Shown: in pieces, positions 28,480 to 39,969 of the stretch
Position numbering within the stretch: position 1 is the first letter of the stretch
How the letters are laid out: each line of letters starts with the position of its first letter
DNA from: Auanema rhodensis
Lineage: Eukaryota > Animalia > Nematoda
NCBI GenBank assembly: GCA_964057225.1
Contig: OZ059894.1
Location: 3,224,001-3,288,000 of the forward strand
Length of the DNA: 64,000 nt
Direction: 5' to 3'
The notes under the pieces: model-generated
Seen by the model: the letters and a program-made list of their open reading frames with translations, nothing else
Databases searched by the model: none
What the model was told of the DNA's origin: nothing
Translations under genes and position numbers: made by a program

Positions 28480-30020
28480 TTTTGCCTTGAAAAAAGGAAT
28501 CTAAAAACATCTACTTTTTGCTAAACTATTTTGAAATTTTTCGAAAAAATTTTTGTCAAAATGTTTTTGGAAGCAATGTTGAGTGTACATGAAAACTCAA
28601 CATAAAACTAATGCATCATTTTTCAAACGATCATAACTAATTTTTGTATTGAGCGTTTCTCAATGAAGTATAGTGCATTCAATGCGGATTTTTGAGCTGC
28701 GTCGATCTGTATTATCAAATTTGCGCTAGCTTTAGAATGCACCGAGATATCAACTGATATCGGTTCACACTTATATCCTCGATTTTCACCCTGAAGAGTT
28801 AATTTTTTCGCTGAATAACATTGTCCATCGTCTTTGCCTTGAAAAAAGGAATCTAAAAACATCTACTTTTCGTGAAATTATTTCGAAATTTTTCGGGAAA
28901 ATTTTTGTCAAAATGTTTTTGAAAGCAATGTTGAGTGTACATTGAAACTCAATATACAGTAATGCATCATTTTCCAAACGATCATAACTAATTTTTGTAT
29001 TGAGCATTTCTTAATGAAGTATAGTGCATTCGATGTGGATTTTTGAGCTGCGTCGATCTGTGTTATCAGATTTGCGCTAGCTTAAGAATGCACCGAGATA
29101 TCAACTGATATAGGTTCACACTTATATCCTCGATTTTCACCCTGAAGAGTTTATTTTTTCGCTGAATAACATTGTCCATCATCTTCGCCTCGAAAAAAGA
29201 AATCTAAAAACATCTACTTTTCGTGAAATTATATTGAAATTTCCCGGGAAAATTTTTGTCAAAATGTTTTTGGAAGCAATGTTGAGTGTACATGGAAACT
29301 CAACATACAATAATGCATCATTTTTCAAACGATCATAACTAATTTTTGTATTGAGCATTTCTCAATGAAGTATAGTGCATTCGATGTAGATTTTTGAGCT
29401 ACGTCGATCTGTGTTATCAGATTTGCGCTAGCTTAAAAATGCACCGAGATATCAACTGATATATGTTCACACTTATATCCTCGATTTTCACCCTGGAGAG
29501 TTTATTTTTTCGCTGAATAACATTGTCCATCATCTTCGCCTCGAAAAAAGAAATCTAAAAACATCTACTTTTCGTGAAATTATATTGAAATTTCCCGGGA
29601 AAATTTTTGTCAAAATGTTTTTGGAAGCAATGTTGAGTGTACATGGAAACTCAACATACAATAATGCATCATTTTTCAAACGATCATAACTAATTTTTGT
29701 ATTGAGCATTTCTCAATGAAGTATAGTGCATTCGATGTAGATTTTTGAGCTTCGTCGATCTGTGTTATCAGATTTGCGCTAGCTTAAAAATGCACCGAGA
29801 TATCAACTGATATATGTTCACACTTATATCCTCGATTTTCACCCTGGAGAGTTTATTTTTTCGCTGAATAACATTGTCCATCATCTTCGCCTCGAAAAAG
29901 GGAATCTAAAAACATCTACTTTTTGTGAAATTATTTTGAAATTTTTCGGGAAAATTTTTGTCAAAATGTTTTTGGAAGCAATGTTGAGTGTACATTGAAA
30001 CTCAACATACAGTAATGCAT

Positions 30021-30046
30021 CATTTTTCTCGATTTTCACACTGAAG
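30021..30046 (+). other. 154-bp deletion junction (197-bp monomer variant); first of 9 copies
   Basis: CATTTTTC|TCGATTTTCACACTGAAG joins monomer position 242 to position 46 of the next unit. The same junction is at ~31278 (+) and, reverse-complemented, at ~36580, 37128, 38730, 39278, 58078, 60381 and 63386. Confidence 0.93.
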
Positions 30047-31370
30047 AGTTAATTTTTTCGCTGAATAACATTGTCCATCGTCTTCGCCTTGAAAAAAGGA
30101 ATCTAAAAACATCTACTTTTCGTGAAATTATTTTGAAATTTTCCGGGAAAATTTTTGTCAAAATGTTTTTGGAAGCAATGTTGAGTGTACATGGAAACTC
30201 AACATACACTAATGCATCATTTTTCAAACAATCATAACTAATTTTTGTATTAAGCGTTTTTCAATGTAGTATAGTGCATTCGATGCGGATTTTTAAGCTG
30301 CGTCGATCTGTGTTATCAGATTTGCGGTAGCTTAAAAATGCAACAAGATATCAACTGATATAAGTTTACACCTATATCCTCGATTTTCACACTGAAGAGT
30401 TAATTTTTTCGCTGAATAACATTGTCCATCGTCTTTGCCTTGAAAAAAGGAATCTAAAAACATCTACTTTTCGTGAAATTATTTTGAAATTTTCCGGGAA
30501 AATTTTTGTCAAAATGTTTTTGGAAGCAATGTTGAGTGTACATGGAAACTCAACATACAGTAATGCATCATTTTTCAAACGATCATAACTAATTTTTGTA
30601 TTAAGCTTTTCTCAATGTAGTATAGTGCATTCAATGCGGATTTTTAAGCTGCGTCGATCTATGTTATCATATTTGCGCTAGCTTAAAAATGCACCGAGAT
30701 ATCAACTGATATCGGTACACACTTATATCCTCGATTTTCACCCTGAAGAGTTAATTTTTTCGCTGAATAACATTGTCCATCGTCTTTGCCTTGAAAAAAG
30801 GAATCTAAAAACATCTACTTTTCGTGAAATTATTTCGAAATTTTTCGGGAAAATTTTTGTCAAAATGTTTTTGAAAGCAATGTTGAGTGTACATTGAAAC
30901 TCAATATACAGTAATGCATCATTTTCCAAACGATCATAACTAATTTTTGTATTGAGCATTTCTCAATGAAGTATAGTGCATTCGATGTAGATTTTTGATC
31001 TGCGTCGATCTGTGTTATCAGATTTGCGCTAGCTTAAAAATGCACCGAGATATCAACTGATATATGTTCACACTTATATCCTCGATTTTCACCCTGAAGA
31101 GTTTATTTTTTCGCTAAATAACATTGTCCATCATCTTCGCCTCGAAAAAGGGAATCTAAAAACATCTACTTTTCGTGAAATTATTTTGAAATTTTTCGGG
31201 AAAATTTTCGTCAAAATGTTTTTGGAAGCAATGTTGAGTGTACATTGAAACTCAACATACAGTAATGCATCATTTTTCTCGATTTTCACACTGAAGAGTT
31301 AATTTTTTCGCTGAATAACATTGTCCATCGTCTTTGCCTTGAAAAAAGGAATCTAAAAACATCTACTTTT

Positions 31371-31393
31371 CGTGAAATCGTGATCGACGCAGC
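31371..31393. other. Inversion (orientation-switch) junction of the satellite array
   Basis: CGTGAAAT|CGT|GATCGACGCAGC. The left arm stops at monomer position ~145, 3 extra bases follow, then the reverse-complement monomer starts at position ~325. Confidence 0.96.
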
Positions 31394-34300
31394 TTAAAAA
31401 TCCGCATCGAATGCACTATACTACATTGAGAAACGCTTAATTCATAAATTAGTTATGATCGTTTGGAAAATGATGCATTACTGTATATTGAGTTTCAATG
31501 TACACTCAACATTGCTTTCAAAAACATTTTGACAAAAATTTTCCCGAAAAATTTCGAAATAATTTCACGAAAAGTAGATGTTTTTAGATTTCTTTTTTTC
31601 AAGGCGAAGACGATGGACAATGTTATTCAGCGAAAAAATTAACTCTTCAGGGTGAAAATCGAGGATATAAGTGTGAACCGATATCAGTTGATATCTCGGT
31701 GCATTCTAAAGCTAGCGCAATTTTGATAACACAGATCGACGCAGCTCAAAAATCCGCATTGAATGCACTATACTTCATTGAGAAACGCTCAATACAAAAA
31801 TTAGTTATGATCGTTTGAAAAATGATGCATTAGTGTATGTTGAGTTTCCATGTACACTCAACATTGCTTCCAAAAACATTTTGACAAAAATTTTCCCGGA
31901 AAATTTCAAAATAATTTCACGAAAAGTAGATGTTTTTAGATTTCTTTTTTCGAGGCAAAGATGATGGACAATGTTATTCAGCGAAAAAATAAACTCTTCA
32001 GGGTGAAAATCGAGGATATAAGTGTGAACCTATATCAGTTGATATCTCGGTGCATTCTTAAGCTAGCGCAAATCTGATAACACAGATCGACGCAGCTCAA
32101 AAATCCTCATCGAATGCACTATACTTCATTAAGAAATGCTCAATACAAAAATTAGTTATGATCGTTTGGAAAATGATGCATTAGTGTATGTTGAGTTTCC
32201 ATGTACACTCAACATTGCTTCCAAAAACATTTTGACAAAAATTTTCCCGAAAAATTTCGAAATAATTTCACGAAAAGTAGATGTTTTTAGATTCCTTTTT
32301 TCAAGGGGAAGACGATGGACAATGTTATTCAGCGAAAAAATAAACTCTTCAGGGTGAAAATCGAGGATATAAGTGTGAACCTATATCAGTTGATATCTCG
32401 GTGCATTCTTAAGCTAGCGCAAATCTGATAACACAGATCGACGCAGCACAAAAATCCACATCGAATGCACTATACTTCATTAAGAAATGCTCAATACAAA
32501 AATTAGTTATGATCGTTTGGAAAATGATGCATTACTGTATATTGAGTTTCAATGTACACTCAACATTGCTTTCAAAAACATTTTGACAAAAATTTTCCCG
32601 AAAAATTTCGAAATAATTTCACGAAAAGTAGATGTTTTTAGATTTCTTTTTTTCAAGGCGAAGACGATGGACAATGTTATTCAGCGAAAAAATTAACTCT
32701 TCAGGGTGAAAATCGAGGATATAAGTGTGAACCGATATCAGTTGATATCTCGGTGCATTCTAAAGCTAGCGCAATTTTGATAACACAGATCGACGCAGCT
32801 CAAAAATCCGCATTGAATGCACTATACTTCATTGAGAAACGCTCAATACAAAAATTAGTTATGATCGTTTGAAAAATGATGCATTATTGTATGTTGAGTT
32901 TCCATGTACACTCAACATTGCTTCCAAAAACATTTTGACAAAAATTTTCCCGGAAAATTTCAAAATAATTTCACGAAAAGTAGATGTTTTTAGATTTCTT
33001 TTTTCGAGGCGAAGATGATGGACAATGTTATTCAGCGAAAAAATAAACTCTTCAGGGTGAAAATCGAGGATATAAGTGTGAACCTATATCAGTTGATATC
33101 TCGGTGCATTCTTAAGCTAGCGCAAATTTGATAACACAGATCGACGCAGCTCAAAAATCCGCATTGAATGCACTATACTTCATTGAGAAACGCTCAATAC
33201 AAAAATTAGTTATGATCGTTTGAAAAATGATGCATTAGTGTATGTTGAGTTTCAATGTACACTCAACATTGCTTTCAAAAACATTTTGACAAAAATTTTC
33301 CCGGAAAATTTCAAAATAATTTCACGAAAAGTAGATGTTTTTAGATTCCTTTTTTCAAGGCGAAGACGATGGACAATGTTATTCAGCGAAAAAATTAACT
33401 CTTCAGGGTGAAAATCGAGGATATAAGTGTGAACCGATATCAGTTGATATCTCGGTGCATTCTAAAGCTAGCGCAATTTTGATAACACAGATCGACGCAG
33501 CTCAAAAATCCGCATTGAATGCACTATACTTCATTGAGAAACGCTCAATACAAAAATTAGTTATGATCGTTTGAAAAATGATGCATTAGTGTATGTTGAG
33601 TTTCCATGTACACTCAACATTGCTTCCAAAAACATTTTGACAAAAATTTTTTCGAAAAATTTCAAAATAGTTTAGCAAAAAGTAGATGTTTTTAGATTCC
33701 TTTTTTCAAGGCAAAAACGATGGACAATGTTATTCAACGAAAAAAGTAAATCTTCAGGGTGAAAATCGAGGATATAAGTGTGAACATATATCAGTTGATA
33801 TCTCGGTGCATTTTTAAGCTAGCGCAAATCTGATAACACAGATCGACGCAGCTCAAAAATCTACATCGAATGCACTATACTTCATTAAGAAATGCTCAAT
33901 ACAAAAATTAGTTATGATCGTTTGAAAAATGATGCATTAGTGTATGTTGAGTTTCCATGTACACTCAACATTGCTTCCAAAAACATTTTGACAAAAATTT
34001 TCCCGAAAAATTTCGAAATAATTTCACGAAAAGTAGATGTTTTTAGATTCCTTTTTTCAAGGGGAAGACGATGGACAATGTTATTCAGCGAAAAAATTAA
34101 CTCTTCAGGGTGAAAATCGAGGATATAAGTGTGAACCTATATCAGTTGATATCTCGGTGCATTCTTAAGCTAGCGCAAATCTGATAACACAGATCGACGC
34201 AGCACAAAAATCCACATCGAATGCACTATACTTCATTAAGAAATGCTCAATACAAAAATTAGTTATGATCGTTTGGAAAATGATGCATTACTGTATATTG

Positions 34301-35239
34301 AGTTTCAATGTACACTCAACATTGCTTTCAAAAACATTTTGACAAAAATTTTCCCGAAAAATTTCGAAATAATTTCACGAAAAGTAGATGTTTTTAGATT
34401 TCTTTTTTTCAAGGCGAAGACGATGGACAATGTTATTCAGCGAAAAAATTAACTCTTCAGGGTGAAAATCGAGGATATAAGTGTGAACCGATATCAGTTG
34501 ATATCTCGGTGCATTCTAAAGCTAGCGCAATTTTGATAACACAGATCGACGCAGCTCAAAAATCCGCATTGAATGCACTATACTTCATTGAGAAACGCTC
34601 AATACAAAAATTAGTTATGATCGTTTGAAAAATGATGCATTATTGTATGTTGAGTTTCCATGTACACTCAACATTGCTTCCAAAAACATTTTGACAAAAA
34701 TTTTCCCGGAAAATTTCAAAATAATTTCACGAAAAGTAGATGTTTTTAGATTTCTTTTTTTCAAGGCGAAGATGATGGACAATGTTATTCAGCGAAAAAA
34801 TAAACTCTTCAGGGTGAAAATCGACGATATAAGTGTGAACAAATATCAGTTGATATCTCGGTGCATTTTTAAGCTAGCGCAAATCTGATAACACAGATCG
34901 GCGCAGCTCAAAAATCTACATCGAATGCACTATACTTCATTAAGAAATGCTCAATACAAAAATTAGTTATGATCGTTTGGAAAGTGATGCATTACTGTAT
35001 GTTGAGTTTCAATGTACACTCAACATTGCTTTCAAAAACATTTTGACAAAAATTTTCCCGAAAAATTTCGAAATAATTTCACGAAAAGTAGATGTTTTTA
35101 GATTTCTTTTTTCGAGGCGAAGATGATGGACAATGTTATTCAGCGAAAAAATAAACTCTTCAGGGTGAAAATCGAGGATATAAGTGTGAACATATATCAG
35201 TTGATATCTCGGTGCATTTTTAAGCTAGCGCAAATTTGA

Positions 35240-38200
35240 TAACACAGATCGACGCAGCTCAAAAATCCGCATTGAATGCACTATACTTCATTGAGAAACG
35301 CTCAATACAAAAATTAGTTATGATCGTTTGAAAAATGATGCATTAGTGTATGTTGAGTTTCAATGTACACTCAACATTGCTTTCAAAAACATTTTGACAA
35401 AAATTTTCCCGGAAAATTTCAAAATAATTTCACGAAAAGTAGATGTTTTTAGATTTCTTTTTTTCAAGGCGAAGATGATGGACAATGTTATTCAGCGAAA
35501 AAATAAACTCTTCAGGGTGAAAATCGACGATATAAGTGTGAACAAATATCAGTTGATATCTCGGTGCATTTTTAAGCTAGCGCAAATCTGATAACACAGA
35601 TCGACGCAGCTCAAAAATCTACATCGAATGCACTATACTTCATTAAGAAATGCTCAATACAAAAATTAGTTATGATCGTTTGGAAAGTGATGCATTACTG
35701 TATGTTGAGTTTCAATGTACACTCAACATTGCTTTCAAAAACATTTTGACAAAAATTTTCCCGAAAAATTTCGAAATAATTTCACGAAAAGTAGATGTTT
35801 TTAGATTTCTTTTTTCGAGGCGAAGATGATGGACAATGTTATTCAGCGAAAAAATAAACTCTTCAGGGTGAAAATCGAGGATATAAGTGTGAACATATAT
35901 CAGTTGATATCTCGGTGCATTTTTAAGCTAGCGCAAATTTGATAACACAGATCGACGCAGCTCAAAAATCTACATCGAATGCACTATACTTCATTAAGAA
36001 ATGCTCAATACAAAAATTAGTTATGATCGTTTGGAAAGTGATGCATTACTGTATGTTGAGTTTCAATGTACACTCAACATTGCTTTCAAAAACATTTTGA
36101 CAAAAATTTTCCCGAAAAATTTCGAAATAATTTCACGAAAAGTAGATGTTTTTAGATTCCTTTTTTCAAGGCGAAGACGATGGACAATGTTATTCAGCGA
36201 AAAAATTAACTCTTCAGGGTGAAAATCGAGGATATAAGTGTGAACAGATATCAGTTGATATCTCGGTGCATTTTTAAGCTAGCGCAAATTTGATAACACA
36301 GATCGACGCAGCTCAAAAATCTACATCGAATGCACTATACTTCATTAAGAAATGCTCAATACAAAATTAGTTATGATCGTTTGAAAAATGATGCATTATT
36401 GTATGTTGAGTTTCAATGTACACTCAACATTGCTTCCAAAAACATTTTGACAAAAATTTTCCCGAAAAATTTCAAAATAATTTCACGAAAAGTAGATGTT
36501 TTTAGATTCCTTTTTTCAAGGCGAAGACGATGGACAATGTTATTCAGCGAAAAAATTAACTCTTCAGTGTGAAAATCGAGAAAAATGATGCATTACTGTA
36601 TGTTGAGTTTCAATGTACACTCAACATTGCTTTCAAAAACATTTTGACAAAAATTTTCCCGAAAAATTTCGAAATAATTTCACGAAAAGTAGATGTTTTT
36701 AGATTCCTTTTTTCAAGGCGAAGACGATGGACAATGTTATTCAGCGGAAAAATTAACTCTTCAGGGTGAAAATCGAGGATATAAGTGTGAACCGATATCA
36801 GTTGATATCTCGGTGCATTTTTAAGCTAGCGCAAATCTGATAACACAGATCGACGCAGCTCAAAAATCTACATCGAATGCACTATACTTCATTGAGAAAA
36901 GCTTAACACAAAAATTAGTTATGATCGTTTGAAAAATGATGCATTACTGTATGTTGAGTTTCCATGTACACTCAACATTGCTTCCAAAAACATTTTGACA
37001 AAAATTTTCCCGAAAAATTTCTAGATAATTTCACAAAAAGTAGATGTTTTTAGATTTCTTTTTTCAAGGCGAAGACGACGGACAATGTTATTCAGCGAAA
37101 AAATTAACTCTTCAGTGTGAAAATCGAGAAAAATGATGCATTACTGTATGTTGAGTTTCAATGTACACTCAACATTGCTTTCAAAAACATTTTGACAAAA
37201 ATTTTCCCGAAAAATTTCGAAATAATTTCACGAAAAGTAGATGTTTTTAGATTTCTTTTTTTCAAGGCGAAGATGATGGACAATGTTATTCAGCGAAAAA
37301 ATAAACTCTTCAGGGTGAAAATCGACGATATAAGTGTGAACAAATATCAGTTGATATCTCGGTGCATTTTTAAGCTAGCGCAAATCTGATAACACAGATC
37401 GACGCAGCTCAAAAATCCGCATTGAATGCACTATACTTCATTGAGAAACGCTCAATACAAAAATTAGTTATGATCGTTTGAAAAATGATGCATTAGTGTA
37501 TGTTGAGTTTCAATGTACACTCAACATTGCTTTCAAAAACATTTTGACAAAAATTTTCCCGGAAAATTTCAAAATAATTTCACGAAAAGTAGATGTTTTT
37601 AGATTTCTTTTTTTCAAGGCGAAGATGATGGACAATGTTATTCAGCGAAAAAATAAACTCTTCAGGGTGAAAATCGACGATATAAGTGTGAACAAATATC
37701 AGTTGATATCTCGGTGCATTTTTAAGCTAGCGCAAATCTGATAACACAGATCGACGCAGCTCAAAAATCTACATCGAATGCACTATACTTCATTAAGAAA
37801 TGCTCAATACAAAAATTAGTTATGATCGTTTGGAAAGTGATGCATTACTGTATGTTGAGTTTCAATGTACACTCAACATTGCTTTCAAAAACATTTTGAC
37901 AAAAATTTTCCCGAAAAATTTCGAAATAATTTCACGAAAAGTAGATGTTTTTAGATTTCTTTTTTCGAGGCGAAGATGATGGACAATGTTATTCAGCGAA
38001 AAAATAAACTCTTCAGGGTGAAAATCGAGGATATAAGTGTGAACATATATCAGTTGATATCTCGGTGCATTTTTAAGCTAGCGCAAATTTGATAACACAG
38101 ATCGACGCAGCTCAAAAATCTACATCGAATGCACTATACCTCATTAAGAAATGCTCAATACAAAAATTAGTTATGATCGTTTGGAAAGTGATGCATTACT

Positions 38201-39400
38201 GTATGTTGAGTTTCAATGTACACTCAACATTGCTTTCAAAAACATTTTGACAAAAATTTTCCCGAAAAATTTCGAAATAATTTCACGAAAAGTAGATGTT
38301 TTTAGATTCCTTTTTTCAAGGCGAAGACGATGGACAATGTTATTCAGCGAAAAAATTAACTCTTCAGGGTGAAAATCGAGGATATAAGTGTGAACAGATA
38401 TCAGTTGATATCTCGGTGCATTCTAAAGCTAGCGCAAATCTGATAACACAGATCGACGCAGCTCAAAAATCCGCATCGAATGCACTATACTTCATTAAGA
38501 AATGCTCAATACAAAATTAGTTATGATCGTTTGAAAAATGATGCATTATTGTATGTTGAGTTTCAATGTACACTCAACATTGCTTCCAAAAACATTTTGA
38601 CAAAAATTTTCCCGAAAAATTTCAAAATAATTTCACGAAAAGTAGATGTTTTTAGATTCCTTTTTTCAAGGCGAAGACGATGGACAATGTTATTCAGCGA
38701 AAAAATTAACTCTTCAGTGTGAAAATCGAGAAAAATGATGCATTACTGTATGTTGAGTTTCAATGTACACTCAACATTGCTTTCAAAAACATTTTGACAA
38801 AAATTTTCCCGAAAAATTTCGAAATAATTTCACGAAAAGTAGATGTTTTTAGATTCCTTTTTTCAAGGCGAAGACGATGGACAATGTTATTCAGCGGAAA
38901 AATTAACTCTTCAGGGTGAAAATCGAGGATATAAGTGTGAACCGATATCAGTTGATATCTCGGTGCATTTTTAAGCTAGCGCAAATCTGATAACACAGAT
39001 CGACGCAGCTCAAAAATCTACATCGAATGCACTATACTTCATTAAGAAAAGCTTAACACAAAAATTAGTTATGATCGTTTGAAAAATGATGCATTACTGT
39101 ATGTTGAGTTTCCATGTACACTCAACATTGCTTCCAAAAACATTTTGACAAAAATTTTCCCGAAAAATTTCTAGATAATTTCACAAAAAGTAGATGTTTT
39201 TAGATTTCTTTTTTCAAGGCGAAGACGACGGACAATGTTATTCAGCGAAAAAATTAACTCTTCAGTGTGAAAATCGAGAAAAATGATGCATTACTGTATG
39301 TTGAGTTTCAATGTACACTCAACATTGCTTTCAAAAACATTTTGACAAAAATTTTCCCGAAAAATTTCGAAATAATTTCACGAAAAGTAGATGTTTTTAG
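35240..39400 (-). repeat. Higher-order repeat of 2150 bp x~2 (5 full + 2 truncated monomers)
   Basis: ORF-track pairs at offset 2150 (35328/37478, 36001/38151, 36330/38480, 36569/38719). Deletion junctions pair as 36580/38730 and 37128/39278. Confidence 0.88.
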
Positions 39401-39969
39401 ATTCCTTTTTTCAAGGCGAAGACGATGGACAATGTTATTCAGCGGAAAAATTAACTCTTCAGGGTGAAAATCGAGGATATAAGTGTGAACCGATATCAGT
39501 TGATATCTCGGTGCATTTTTAAGCTAGCGCAAATCTGATAACACAGATCGACGCAGCTTAAAAATCCGCATTGAATGCACTATACTACATTGAGAAACGC
39601 TTAATATAAAAATTAGTTATGATCGTTTGAAAAATGATGCATTAGTGTATGTTGAGTTTCCATGTACACTCAACATTGCTTCCAAAAACATTTTGACAAA
39701 AATTTTCCCGAAAAATTTCTAGATAATTTCACAAAAAGTAGATGTTTTTAGATTTCTTTTTTCAAGGCGAAGACGACGGACAATGTTATTCAACGTAAAA
39801 ATTAGTTCTTTAGGGTGAAAATCGAGGATATAGGTGTGAACTTATATCAGTTGATATCTCGGTGCATTTTTAAGCTAGCGCAAATCTGATAACACAGATC
39901 GACGCAGCTTAAAAATCCGCATTGAATGCACTATACTACATTGAGAAACGCTTAATATAAAAATTAGTT

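Larger units (their letters stand above)
1..31378 (+). repeat. 351-bp tandem satellite array, left arm (about 90 monomers)
   Basis: AAAATGCACCGAGATATCAAC recurs at 1, 352 and onward with period 351. ORF-track spacings are multiples of 351 (702, 1053, 4914). No non-satellite sequence intervenes. Colinearity ends at ...CTACTTTTCGTGAAAT (31378). Confidence 0.99.

Noticed and set aside
31379-31561. Inversion as a sequencing fold-back artefact
   Set aside because: A fold-back read would mirror adjacent sequence exactly, but the arms differ in SNP haplotypes, deletion positions and HOR structure. A misjoin still needs read-level exclusion.
31300-31600. Transposon insertion or target-site duplication at the orientation switch
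   Set aside because: Only 3 bp are not satellite-derived. There are no terminal repeats or coding remnants.
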